Source: Botryllus schlosseri
Taxonomy: Eukaryota
Assembly (NCBI GenBank): GCA_051294905.1
Contig: CM119371.1
Span: 15,936,001 to 16,000,000 of the forward strand
DNA length: 64,000 bases
Direction of reading: 5' to 3'
Part shown: positions 1 to 13,083 of the stretch, piece after piece
Numbering within the stretch: the stretch's first letter is position 1
Layout of the letters: each line of letters opens with the position of its first letter
The notes under the pieces: model-generated
The model's database searches: none
What the model saw: only the letters and a program-made list of their open reading frames with translations
What the model was told of the DNA's origin: nothing
Program-made: the position numbers and the translations under genes

Positions 1-575
1 TATAATGACCAAAGTTAAAACAAAGTACCAGCAGTTAACTCGACTTCGGATTCACGCTAATTAAAAAAAAAAAGATCAACCACCACAATCATTGGTTTTC
101 TCACACGGGTCGTCCCTATCAATCCTTACCAAACAACTCCAACTCAAAACGGATCGCGGGCCGCATGAATCAGTATCGATTTGAAATAGGCCACATAGAT
201 TAACAACCACGGTTTGAAAACTTTACGCCAGTACAGTGCCGTGCTCTCTAACACAGGCGACGAGCATAGTTACCACAATATAAATGATATCTTAACAAAA
301 GAGTACAAATACAACATTCCTCAATTATATTCTATTTTTAACCATGAGCGGCGCACGATACCTGACAACACCTTTCGACGGCTGAAGAATCGATATTGGG
401 GCTAGCTAGACACGGTACTTGCCGGAAAACTATCTCCTCGTAAAGATTGATCTTATGGGGAAGCCCCAGGTCGTTTTCGAAACGACTTGGTCTTGACAGT
501 TTCTGGGCCATTAAACGGCAAGGTAATTTCCCCTATTTCATATCAGCTAATTCTCCTTACATGGAGTGCTATTAT

Positions 576-1018
576 TTGGGTTGCATTTAAACAAATGGTT
601 GTTTAAAACACTTTTTTGGAAACATGTTTTAAAGAGTGTATTAAACAAAGGCATTTTTTCAAGAAAATGTGTTTTTTTTAAGTTGTAACATCATGCCATA
701 ATTGTGTAAATACTTTCCAAAAAACATGTTGTATGAGCCTTCGGACAATTACCACCCGGTATAGCCGACGTATACGATATGGGATGGTTGGAACCCTCAA
801 AATAGTCGGTTCAACAACTATAGTATACGTAGATATTTCGTCAAAGGAGCTGTAGTTACCATATATTTCCAATTGTCAATGCCTTTCCGTTATGACGTCA
901 CAACTGAATACTCGTGACGTCACGGCGTTAAAAAAAAAACAGTAAACACATGTTTTAAAAATGGACTTGTTTTAAACATGTTTGTTTCAAATTGATTTTT
1001 GTTTTAAATGCAGCCCTA
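576..1018. mobile_element. hAT-like MITE (old copy)
   Basis: Imperfect TIRs TTGGGTTGCATTTAAA / TTTAAATGCAGCCCTA. Flanks gctattat (568-575) and gctatttc (1019-1026) match 6/8. Confidence 0.55.
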
Positions 1019-1923
1019 GCTATTTCAATAGCTGGAGGCGTATTAGCTAGTGAGGGATAGTGATGTTGCGCACATGAGAATAACACATTTTGAACAACAA
1101 CAACAATATTCTGCAACGGAAATCAAGTTTAGCATTCCAAAATACTTTAGTTGGCGTTCTTTCGAAATCTCAAATTAGGCCGCGTGTTGGTAACATGGCT
1201 CTAAGCAATACCGAATTGTGTTGTGGGAAGGGTTGTATAGATTGATTTGAGGGATGGGGAAGAAAAACCCGAAAGAAATCAGAATTGGGGATCGAAGGAA
1301 AAAAGGTTGGGATCCACTACTGACTACTGTATTCCAGTTTCCAATACAAGTCACACTATAGGATATATTAGACTACCATCCTATTGGAAGCGGGTGAAGT
1401 TGTTCTGCTACTCTGACACCCGACCTTTCACTAATTGAATGACGGACTCTATATCATACTCGAGATCGAGGGTGGCCAGTAACGGAGTATTTCTGCTTTC
1501 ACGGAGCACGCAAGTAAGTTTTGCACACTGGCACTATACTTCATAAAGAGGTTACTGGTTATGCTGACTACTCTCAGTGACAATTATTTGTTAGCCTACA
1601 CTTTTGACTTTAGAAAGTATAAAATTGTTTTAAGGCAATCAGTCTGCTTAACTTTAAAGGGTGAAATCGTGATGACGACTGGGTGCATTAGTATCAATGT
1701 ATATATATATTCGAAGATAGCAACTGTTTGTGATGTCATTAGTGTTTTGCGGTTAGTCTCGAAGATATGCATCATACAATACCAGAAGTATGGCGGTATC
1801 CATACTGAAGGTATGCGATCCATCAATCAAATCTACTTGTTTTTTAAACTAAACACTGACGAAGTGCTGTTACGACCCTGCAATGATTGCTCAGCCTGGA
1901 CTATAATACATGCAATGTAAAAC

Positions 1924-2516
1924 CAGGGTTGTAATGACTCGAGTCATGACTCGATTCGAGTCCGACTCGAATCAAGATTTTCTGATGACTCGACTTAAAT
2001 CGAGTCAATTTCTCAAAATACGGAAATGACTCGACTCGACTCGAGTAAATCTGAGTATTGACTGGACTTGGACTCGAGTCATTGCGCATGACTCGAACCA
2101 AGTCATATGACTCGCGACTCAGACGGCAAAAACCGAAATTTCATTGTAATTTCGAAGAATAGTAAAGAAATCACCCTATTGAGATTTCGTCTATTGGTAC
2201 TTGCACTTGAAAATGCGACCAGAAACTGCCGAAAGTGAGGGAAATTAAAAAATTATACATGCGAAGCATTCGATATCACCAAACAGAGTTATATAAAGTG
2301 GGTTTAACAAGACTTTAACCGGAAACTGAGCAGTCAACCCAATGACTTAGACTCGGACTCAAGTCATAATACCATGACTCGGAGTCGACCCTCCGCTCGA
2401 TGACTTGAACTCGGACTTGACTCGGTGGTGGATTGAAAATGACTCGACTTGACTCGAGTCAAAACTATAAAAGTGAGATTGACTTGTGACTAGGAACCTT
2501 TTGACTTACAACCCTG
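1924..2516. mobile_element. MITE built from GACTC/GACTT pentamer repeats
   Basis: TIR CAGGGTTGTAA...TTACAACCCTG, dense gactcgagtc/gacttgac subterminal repeats, near-TSD tgtaaaac / tgtaaac. Confidence 0.75.
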
Positions 2517-3299
2517 TGTAAACGCGCACGGATACGGCAAGCAACAGCAAGGATTGAGTTGGTCGAGTCATTCATGGAAGTTGTTTCAGCAAAGCTAATA
2601 TAATCCCGCAGTTGAACAGCATCACCACCACCTCAGCCTTCAACAAGCGCTGCTGGCTCTAGCACCGTACTTATAGCGATCAATAGCTGAACGCACAGAA
2701 CCGTTGGAACTATACGTTGTTTTGATACCGACATTGAAATTTTCATACTAATCGGTATTAGATTATGGTGTCAACTTTTACATTCAGGACGATTCCAATA
2801 GGCTCCTCGACATCTACCTAATCGAGATTTTCGATAATGTAAATTCAAGACACGAATATGCGCAAAAACTTCGAAGATTGCCTTGATCAATCTCACTGTC
2901 ATCCAGGATCAGACTTGTGAATCACTGAATGCCTCACTGTGGAAATCTGTATGCTTCACTGCTTGACATATATCACGGCGAGCGCATTATTGCTCAATGC
3001 TTAGATCACTGGCCCCTGCTGTTTACGGAAATCAATACCGAATTGCTTTCAGACTGAGAGGATTGGTCCCATCACATCTGGAACGATGTGGGATATGAAA
3101 TTCACGTTGTGACCAACTGACCATACTACACCTAAACCATATTGATCGAAGGATGTTAGTTGCGGTCGATATATTTTCTCCGATCTCCTACTTTCTTTAG
3201 TGAGGTAGGTTGGTTCAGTGCCGAGCTTTATTAGTGAACAGACGAATCCGCCTCGCTCACTATTCGCCAACAATTGGATAATCCCAGCACAGTAAAACT

Positions 3300-3334
3300 A
3301 TAGATAACTAACCTGCCGTAGGTTAGTTATCTAT
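3300..3334. mobile_element. 35-bp hairpin mini-element with 9-bp TSD (MULE-like)
   Basis: Perfect 15-bp arms ATAGATAACTAACCT / AGGTTAGTTATCTAT with a 5-nt loop. Exact direct repeat agtaaaact at 3291-3299 and 3335-3343. Confidence 0.7.
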
Positions 3335-4184
3335 AGTAAAACTCGCTCTCGTTTCCAGAAACTGACATTGTTGGATGAATCGTGGAGTTGCCGGTTTAGC
3401 TGTATCACGGCCACTTCTAGGCTGTTGTAAGGCGCTGCTTATACGCGGAGCCCATGGCGAGAAGGAGCCTATAGACAGCCTGCGTGTCAAGATGGCTAAT
3501 GTGTTTAGAAACAGGTCGCCAACTCAAGTAGCTAACCTTTTAATAGGTTTTATATGTTTGCGAATCTTGTTCTAAGGAAGTCTGCATCTCCAATTCCCAA
3601 TCTAACTAACCCTAACTTTCCGCAGTCTCAGTAATGTTTTCAATCATTTAGGTTTGATGTTACAGTGCCAGTGACATATTTAGTTTGCTGATACAGATGT
3701 CACAACAAAGCGATTGGGCGAGCAAAGGACAATAGACAAGAAGGACGTTTATTATTATTTTTCTTCGTTTTTCATCATTTTCGTTGAGCAAACTAGGTGT
3801 CTCATTAAAAGACTACTCCAAGTGGTCGTTTCGGCCCCCTCCTATATCTTCTCATTATATTGCAATCTTGTGGTGTTTTAATTTGATAAAGATCAGGCGA
3901 AAAAGCTCCAAGAAGACTCGACAGGGCTTAAAGATACAGAAAATGACTCCGATGACGACTTCAACATCTCCCATATAGAGATTAATACCACACATTCCGA
4001 ACCAATACGATCTTGATGATTTAGTCGGGACTCACTAAATCAAATGCGGAATTTCTGACTCCAAGGTTAAAATTACGGAACGATGTCCGTCATCAGAAAA
4101 TGGCATGGACGATTTTCACGGTATTTTTCTGTGGCAGGTTCTCCTTGCTTGTGCGTGAATGTTGGCAATCTTTTGTAAAGCACT

Positions 4185-4400
4185 TGACAATAAAATGACT
4201 GTGAGAGAAGCCGGAGCATTCAAGGCATTTCGAGATGTATAGTTGAAAATTTTCTTTGAAATAAACGAAGTAATGAATATAAACCTCTGGTAAACAATAT
4301 GATCGAGATATATGAAAAAATAGAGTGGGGCATGTCCTTAAAACCGCATTACCTGCACTTTCACCTTGATTTTATTACTTCAAATCTGGGTGTCTGTCAG
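4185..4400 (+). pseudogene. DNA-transposase C-terminal remnant (possibly Sola-type)
   Basis: Manual translation EAGAFKAFRDV*..NFL*NKRSNEYKPLVNNMIEIYEKIEWGMSLKPHYLHFHLDFITSNLG resembles the MSLKxHFLHSHLDFFPxNLG motif of transposon-derived proteins. Contains stops and a frameshift. Confidence 0.55.
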
Positions 4401-4411
4401 ACTCGAGTCAC

Positions 4412-7400
4412 AAACTAGTTTATCAAAGGTGTGGGGCATGGCAAAAGCAAATTACAGGACGGCGCCCATCAGTCTTTATTCCCACAGTTAACCACGGTCA
4501 ACTTGTTGCATCAAGTAGCCTAACACAGAAAAATCAAATTTGTTAGCAGACATGTACTGACAAGTTAGTAGTGATAATAACTACTCCAGCACTTTTTCAA
4601 ACAAAAAAGTGTACTTCGAGAAAAATACATTTGACTCGCTGCCACTGGAGCTAGAAAATGATGATGCGATAAACTGCCCATTCACTTTGGACGAATTGAA
4701 GCGAGCGATATCAAAGAAAAAGCCCACTGCAACTGGGTAAGACAAGGTTAGTTATGAAATGCTAAAATACTTGAGCTCAACCGCATTGGAGCAATTATTA
4801 CGTTTGTACAATGACTCCTGGAACGAGGGGACGGTGCCTAAGGCTTGGCTCCATTCCATCATAATACCGATACCTAAATCCGGGAAAACGAAGTCATCGG
4901 CAGCATCTTACCGTCCCATTGCTTTAACCAGTCATCTTTCTAAGGCAATGGAGACAATGATAGCAAATCGATTAAAATGGTATGTGCAACAGCATGATAT
5001 ATTGAGTCCCGTTCAGTCTGGATATCGGACAGGCCGATGCACACTTGACGATATCCTAGCACTACATGATGATATATATAAAACGATTTACAAGCAACGC
5101 TCCGCAGTAGCAATATTTGTGGACTTCGAACGAGCATACGACACGGTCGGGCGCAAGGGCCTTCTGACAAAAATTTTTGCCATCGGTTTACGGGGTAAAA
5201 TCATTAGGTGGTTCTCGTCATTCCTATCAAAGAGAACCGCTCAAGTTCGTGTGGGAAATGATCTTTCACAGACATTCAATATCGAGACAGGCATTGTACA
5301 GGGCAGCGCAATCAGTCCAATATTGTTTTTGATTAAGTTTAACGACCTTCCAGAGTGTCTATCCACCAGGAACGCTCTGTCTGCAGACGATATTGTGTTT
5401 TGGGAGTCTGGAATGAACATGACCGATATATCCGACTCCTAACAGAACGACTTGGATTGTCTTAAACCAGTGGTTCTTAACCTTTTTTCCTCCAGCGCCC
5501 CCTTTCAAAAATTATCGTGCTCCAGCGCCCCCCAACCTCATATTGTAAGTAATGTAATAAGGACTATGAGTAAGAGGGAGGACCGTAACAGCACTTCGTC
5601 AACCCCCCTAAAACGATTGCCTTGCGCACCCATAGCGTGATAAACCAAACTTCTAAGGGCTTCGCCCCCAAGAACCCCGTAGCGTGATTTCGATGGTCAG
5701 CAAAGTTTGTGTGGCCTGGTTGCTCTAGGTACCAAAATTATATATAGTGCATGAATGAATAGGCGGTAATTACATATATATGTCGCTATAAACTTTTTAT
5801 TCTCTCAGCCTACGTAATCAGATTCACCAGTAGCGCTGAGTGAGCTGTCGCATGGGAAAATAAAGGGCACGTAATTAATAATTAAACATATTCGGGCGTG
5901 CCCGTAGGTACAATTAATTCGTTACCAGGGCCGTAACAGCACTTCGTCAGCCCCCACAAAAAAACGTTGGTCTTGGGCCCCCCCATCGGGTGATAAACCA
6001 AAACTTCCGGGGGCTTCGCCCCCAGACCCACCTGAGGCTATCCGCTATTCGCTGATACTAGTCATCTACATTGCGTGTACATTCACTGAGCCAGCTATTC
6101 TCGCCTATACGCGCGAAGCGCTAAAAATTTCAATAATTAATGATTGAATTGGTCAATATGATCGGGAATTGCATGTATATTGATATTAATTTTTATCCTC
6201 ACTCTGCTCACGTAAACAGATTTACCGGTAGAGCTGAGTGATGTGAGATTGAAAAGGTAGGACCCCTCAATAATAATTATACATCTTCGGGCGTATACCC
6301 GTTGGCAGGAACGAAAAGGCACTTCGTCAGCCCCCCCGAAAAAACTTGGGTCTTGGGCTCCCATAGGGTGATAAACCGACCGGCCCCCATCACGTTCGCT
6401 TTTGCCACGAAATCAGTGTTACTGTTTAGCGAGCCAGTGCGAAGCGCGAAAAACTTCGATAATTCATGATAAAATCGGTCAGTAAGATCGGGAATTGCAT
6501 ATATATTGCTATCAATTTCTTGCCCTCTCTGCTCACGTAACCTGATTTACCGGTGGAGCTGAGTGAGGTGCGATGTTCCCTCTAAGCTGCGCACGTGCGC
6601 AATGCTAACACGGTGTCTGCGCACAGAAAATCTACGTTGCGCACAACAAATCCGAAGTTATAACCTTTTTTTAAGTCGTTACGCACTGTTGTCCAAGGGT
6701 CTGCGCAGTGAGTTGTTGAGTGTGTGCAGACACATCAAACGTAGAGCGAATATTGTGAGGTGTCTTGGAAACTGTAGGGCCCGTAACTAATACTTAAACG
6801 TATTCGGACGGGCGAATTCGTTGGTACGACTTCGTTGCATGATGTTATTTCGTGACTTCCTGTCTGCTATATCTAAAAATATGGAATCGCCCAACAGGGA
6901 TATCGCCCAACAGGAATGTCTAGTTTTAGATATCCCTGTCGCCTAATCGTACTAAACTAAAAGACTCACACGATTTCAAATTGGTATTTCTTCACTGGCA
7001 TATAATTTTTCCCTGCCAGATGGAATTCGTCTTCTGGGGTTCAGATTGCCAAGACAGGAACATTCGGTGCCAGCATTTAGGCGCCCATGGACAATTAAAC
7101 CTATATGTCTTTTGTAGGCTATATATAACGAAGTTTTCGGTGTTAATTTGCTCTGAATACTCATTAAGGATATGTCCTACCACCACATCATCTACTGCGA
7201 AGCCATTTTTCTCCAGCGCCCCCATACCGCCCCCCTGAGCCCAGCGCCCCCATATCGCCCCCTGAGCGTTTCCGCCCCTTCAAAATCGCCAGCGCCCCTT
7301 GGGGGGCGCTGGAGGCAAGGTTAAGAACCACTGTCTTAAACAGTGGGGCGATCAATGGGGAATGAAAGTCAATACAACAAAAACGGTGTCAGTTGTCTTT

Positions 7401-9067
7401 AGCAACAAAAGGGAAATACCAAATGTCCAATTTAAATACAGTGGTCAGAACATATAGCGACAGCAGAATCGGCAAAGTACCTCGGAATTACCTTCGACAA
7501 GAGGTTATCATACTACATGTTGAATCTGTTTTACATAAATGCACTGCACGAATAAACTTTCTGCGGATGATTTCAGGAACCTCTTGGGGGAGCTGCAAAA
7601 GAAACTATGCTAACCTTGTGTCGTACTCTTATTCGATCTATAATTGAATATGGAATTGAGGCATTTCATTTTGGTCACCGACGATATCTAGAAAAAGTCG
7701 AGCGTCTACAAAACATTGCGCTCCGGCTTTGTTGCGGAGGGATGAGGAGCACCCCAATTATTTCCATACTGTCTGCGTGTGGGGAAATGCCACTGGACCT
7801 ACGACACAGGTATTTATGTATGAAATTCAGATCAAAGGTGAATGCTGATTTGCAGCACCCGTGTCGAGAGCAGCTTCTCCGGTTATCGTGAGAGGAACAC
7901 TGGCCGAAAAGAAAGCAATTCGTTTGCTTCAATCAAATTACATATCGACCCAATTGCGACGAAAATGGAGATGGTCTGTTGCGGTTGAGTAAAATAACGC
8001 ATCCACATTGGACGTTGCGTCGAGCACGTATAGATTTAACTTTGACGACTCTGCAGTTTAAACAATGTTCCTCTTTGTTACCGCTAATCAATGAACATCT
8101 CTGTAGACGATTCCCGGGATACTTGCAGATTTTCACAGACGGATCAAAAACTACGACGGGCACTGCGGCGGCGTTTTATGTATCGCGAACTATCAACGTC
8201 GCAACCACTATCATACAGGAATCGAGTTCCTTCACTGCAGAATTGGTGGGAATAAGCTTAGTTCTACAATGGGTTGTGGAGAACAGAAATTCCAATATAC
8301 TAATACTCGTGGACTGCTTGAGCGCAATTCAAGCGATTGACAATATTTATGGGCGATCACATCACCCCGTCGCACCAATTTTACAGACGATCCATCGGAT
8401 ATCGGAGGCAGGATACGAGATCGCTATTGTTTGGATACCTGGTCATTATCAAATTCCCGGAAATGAAAAGGTAGATGAATTGGCCAGACGAGCGAGTCAA
8501 GCCAGTGTGCAAACGACTGAATTCAAACCTTCCGTACGAGATATCGCTGCTTCGCGTCGGAAGGCGTGCATCGAACTATGGAATAACCGCTATTCGCAAT
8601 CGGATAAGTCACAACAATATAAGGAATGTTTTTCAACCGTCCACCACAGAGCAGACGTGAATGGACTACCGAAAAGGTTTCAAGAGATTATGTTCCGACT
8701 ACAAACCGGACATTGTGGACTACAAGCACATCTATTCAAATTGGGAATAGCAGATTCAGCCAATTGCTCAACGTGCCGCCAAAACGAGAGTGTCGCCCAT
8801 TATTTATTGACGTGTCGAAATTGTAGACACCAGCGATGAGTTCTCGAGGACACGTGTCGGAGGAAGAATATCGCTCCCACGGTAACAAACTTTTTGACTG
8901 ACACGCACATTTTCCATACGTTGTGGAATTCGTTCTCGCAACAAAGCCATATATTTGAGTTTATATTTTGTAATGCAATACCCACCCCTAGATGATAAAT
9001 GACTTTTTGGATATGGCGAACAAAACCACTTGCGTTATAATCGCCAATCAAATAATAATCAACAACA
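4412..9067 (+). mobile_element. 5'-truncated I-group LINE (RT + RNase H + CCHC knuckle), degenerate, interrupted by a hAT element
   Basis: RT motifs YRPIALTS, QSGYR, DFERAYD, GIVQGSAISPILF, ADD. RNase H motifs FTDGSK, FTAELVGI, VDCLSAI, WIPGH..IPGNEKVD. Knuckle CSTC..ESVAHYLLTC. TAA/CAA-repeat tail at ~9048-9067. In-frame stops at 4738 and 5440. 49-bp flanking duplication. Confidence 0.92.
5468..7333. mobile_element. Non-autonomous hAT (Charlie-like) element inserted in the LINE RT
   Basis: TIR CAGTGGTTCTTAACCTT / AAGGTTAAGAACCACTG and perfect 8-bp TSD tcttaaac (5460-5467, 7334-7341). Removing it restores the RT frame NDLDCLKQWGDQWGMKVNTTKT. Confidence 0.93.
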
Positions 9068-9105
9068 ACCTTGATTTTATCACTTCAAATCTGGGTGTTT
9101 GTCAG

Positions 9106-9986
9106 ACTCGAGTCACCTTTTTCGTATGACTTGACTTGACTTGACTCGGTGTGTCAGAAATGTGGATTGACTCGTGGCTCGGAACAAAATTCACGAGTCA
9201 ATTTCAAGTCATCAAGTAATCAATGTCGATAGAAATCACTGTATCCAGCATATGGTCGGATTGTTCGCGAAACGCTGGTGTGAAACGCCGTGAGAGCGAC
9301 CAATCATTCATTGATCGTGCTTTTTACTGCGAGCCGCCATTGTTCGCTCACAAATAAATTTTCCGCCAACGAAGTGATCGAAGCTTACAGCTTACGTTGC
9401 CGTAAACTATGGTAGGCCTAAAATAATTTAATAGCAAGATGTCTATTTCTGTTCTCTGTTCTTACTTTAACCAAACCTCTTGTTTTATTGAAATTGAATT
9501 CGAATGTAGTTTTTATATTCATCATCCATTGGAGCAGGCTCGAATTGTATCATATCAATTTGTAAATGGGCAAAGTATTGCATCTTATCAATTCGATTTT
9601 CTATTATCTAATCACTATTTTGGCTGGTAACTATAAACTGGGACTATATGCCACGTAGGCGCGTATGTGTGAGCGATACAGGGCCTTTTTGTGTGTATAT
9701 TCAACTCTATATTCGTTCATCGGTTCAGAATCAAAGACCGCCCAATCTATATTTCATCCAGCTAGCAAAATGCAATGACGTAATCATGCCTCTTACTTCG
9801 AAAAAGCAACTTGACTTGAATTATGACTTGACTCGTGACTTGACTTGACTTTACTCGACTTGACTCGAGTCGCCTCCGAAAATCGGGTGACTTGACTTGA
9901 CTCGAGTCACCTTCGAAAATCGATTGACTTGACTTGTCTCTAGTCAAAATGTAGGAGGTAGTGGTAGTGACTTGATCCCAACACTG
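9106..9986. mobile_element. GACTC/GACTT-repeat MITE, left end truncated
   Basis: Colinear with 11637-13057 (minus that copy's nested insert). Ends GACTTGATCCCAACACTG. Confidence 0.8.
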
Positions 9987-9994
9987 GTTTCTAC

Positions 9995-10386
9995 CTTAGC
10001 ATGAACAAACGTCCTCATCGGGCCATTCCAAGGATGCTTCTTGTAGAGACGATACCACGAGACAACTTCTTCAGAAGTTTCCAGCTCCTTGTTTTCGGTC
10101 AGAAATCCACAACTGAGTTCACGCCCCCCAATTCGAGAACCACTGCACTGAAATATATATGCAATGATATTAAACTTATTTTCTTGGTCGCTGCCTTCCG
10201 AGCAGTGTGCAGCTTAAATATAGCCTTAATGTTGAGCGAAGCTCGCAGTTCTCCTGAACTTCGCCATCCTTTGACCGAGTGTTTCGTGTTTTTGTCATAA
10301 GACCGACTTCTGTTAAAATACTTAATCTCTGCGTGATGCTCGGCAAAAACTAAAAGGACGGCTTTACACCTGACTCCAGTATACAA
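9995..10386 (-). pseudogene. Possible pogo/CENP-B-like transposase N-terminal remnant
   Basis: KAVLLVFAEHH...SVKGWRSSGEL resembles a Brinker/psq-type HTH. ELETSEEVVSWYR..FVHAK in another frame resembles the CENP-B/Tc5 HTH. Motif-level only. Confidence 0.3.
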
Positions 10387-11636
10387 ATATTTCGTGCTCT
10401 TAAGTCTAAACCTTCTTTGAATTTCAGTTTTCGGCTTTCTTTTTTTGGCATGCCCGTTAATCCTTTATGGGTGATAGATGTGATGAGTCATTTAGTAATC
10501 GCGAGCACTGATTGACTTGTTTTACGAATTAGGGATTTGGAAATGTATCACGTAACAAATTGAAACACATACCGTATAATGCGCAATGTGACAATGGCAA
10601 CAAAGAAGGTTTTAACTAAACTATATGGAATAAGTGATTTCTTGTGACTTTAATTGCTACTCATACTTTGCCACATTGCCTTTATTTTGAATCTGGATTA
10701 CGCATGCGAGGTACTTAGGCAGCGTAATCGTGGCATATTAATGAGCAGGCTTCAAAGTAAACGAATTTCCTGTTCATTTGATACAGCCTATGGTATTAGT
10801 CATTCACAAAGCAAGTTTTATGTTTTGAATTCCAAGCAACCTTTCGCGGGCTGCAGAACGCGAACGTGAGCCTCACATTAACACCATCCCTAACATATAG
10901 GTTGATTGTGTATTGGATCATAGCAATTAGTTTCAACATCTGAGATTTTATATTTTGTCATCTATTTTGTGGACAGTTACCGACGTGCGGTCTGATAATT
11001 CTACGTACATGCGAGTCATAATCATCTCGATATTCGATACACGAAGTTGCTCCTTGCAAATCAATCTGTATTTCTATCAACTTGCAAAATAAAATGGCTT
11101 GAATCATGCCTCGAACTTCGAAATGTCGACAAGACTTGGCGATTTGACTTGTGACTTTGACTTGACTCGAGTTCCCTTCCAAACTCGAGCGACTTGACTC
11201 GACTCGTGATTCACTTGTGAATCGAAGGAAGTGACTTTATTCCAACAATGGACCAAGCATCTTGTTTTGCTGCCTTTCTCATTTCCCACTACCACCAGAC
11301 GTATCCTACTATTAATGCAACACGCCGGACGTTGCCGATTTATCTACAAAATGAATGAAACCAAATCGGTTTAGCGAGCCAGGCCGTACTTTCCGCTCAC
11401 ATATCGTCAAAGGAGACGGCTTGAACTTCAAGTTAAATCGAACAGGCCTAATGTTACCTCACGGAGTTCTGAATATGTTGATGTTGAGGTTTTATTATTT
11501 CATCAACTGACAAGCCTTCAACATTTTGCATCTTGAAACAATGATATCATTGCTTGAAATTAAGGTATGGAATTTTGAAATATCTGGCGGATCGGCAGAA
11601 AAGTCGTCGCGGACCGGCGGTTGAGAACCAGTGTAT

Positions 11637-13057
11637 CAGTGTTGGGATGACTCGAGTCACCTTTTTCGTACGACTTGACTTGACTCGAGTCTAGGGCTGG
11701 GCAAATTCGAGTACCTGAGTGATTCGATTCTGAATCACGTAATATGCTTCGAGTCGAGTCGAGTATTCGAGTATCACTCATTATGACGTCATAACAGAAT
11801 GTAATATGTCAAAGTTCAAATAAGTACCTTTTATGCCAACACAAAGAACACGATGCCTGTTAGCCATCACATTAACGATACTTAGTATTTCCGACCATAC
11901 CGATTTCAATGAACTTTGTGACAATGTTGTGGGATAATCATGACTTCGCAAATGTGATATTTCTAGTAACGTTCGTGGCGTTGTACAAGTACTTGATACC
12001 CTGTTTTGTATGCTGCGGTACGGCCAATCAAGGTTTCATGTCTGCCAAAGTGAAAAATAGTATTGAAGCTATAATTTTTGTTGATAAATTAACTTTCAGT
12101 GGAGAAGAGCGTATAATTTCGGTACTCGAAAAATTCGTCTTTTACTACTCGACTCGAATCATGAAAATAAATACTCGATTCAGATTCGAGTACTCGAATC
12201 ATTGTGCCCAGCCCTACTCGAGTCACTTTGCTAAAATGACTTGACTTGACTCGGCGTATCAGAAATGCGGATTGACTCGTGACTCGGAGCAAAATTCACG
12301 AGTCAATTTCAAGTCATCAAGTAATTGGGGTCGATAAAAATCACAGTAACTTGCATATGTTCGTATTGTTCGCGAAACGCTGGTGTAACCGGTGAGAGCG
12401 ACCAATCATTCAATGATCGTGCGTTTTGCTGAGCCTCCATTGTTCTCTCACAAATAAATAGACCGCAAACGATGTGATCGAAGCTTACAAGTTACGTTGT
12501 CGTAAACTAGTATAGTAAAATCATTTACTAGCAAAATGTTTATTTCTGTTCTCTGTTCTTACCTTAACTAAACCTCTTTGTTATATTGAAATTGAATTCG
12601 AATATAGTTTATATAGTCCTCACCCATTGTCGCAGGCTCGATTTGTATCATATCAGTTTCTAAATGGGTAATGTATTGCATCTTATTAATTGGTTTCTCT
12701 ATTGTCTATTTTGGCTTGTACCTACAAACTGAGGCTATGCCATTACGTACATAGTTTAGCGACATAGCGCCTTCATGCGTGTATATATTTAACTGTATAT
12801 CCGTTCATTGGTTCAAAATCAATGAACACTCAATCTGTACTTCAGACAGCTAGCATAATGCAATGATGTAATCATGCCTCATACTTCGAAAAGGCAACTT
12901 GACTTGAATTGTGACTTGACTCGAGACTTGACTTGACTTGACTCGACTTGACTCGAGTCGCCTCCAAAAATCGAGTGACTTGACTTGACTCGAGTCAAAA
13001 TGTACAATGACTCGAAATGACTCGGGACTCGAAGGTAGTGACTTGATCCCAACACTG
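11637..13057. mobile_element. MITE with 6-bp TSD (GACTC/GACTT family)
   Basis: TIR CAGTGTTGGGAT / ATCCCAACACTG. Direct repeat gtgtat at 11631-11636 and 13058-13063. Confidence 0.88.
11692..12216. mobile_element. hAT MITE (TAGGGCTGGGCA termini) nested in the previous element
   Basis: TIR TAGGGCTGGGCA / TGCCCAGCCCTA and 8-bp TSD ctcgagtc. Second copy at 25438-25952. Confidence 0.93.
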
Positions 13058-13083
13058 GTGTATATTGAAACATCCCTCTACAC

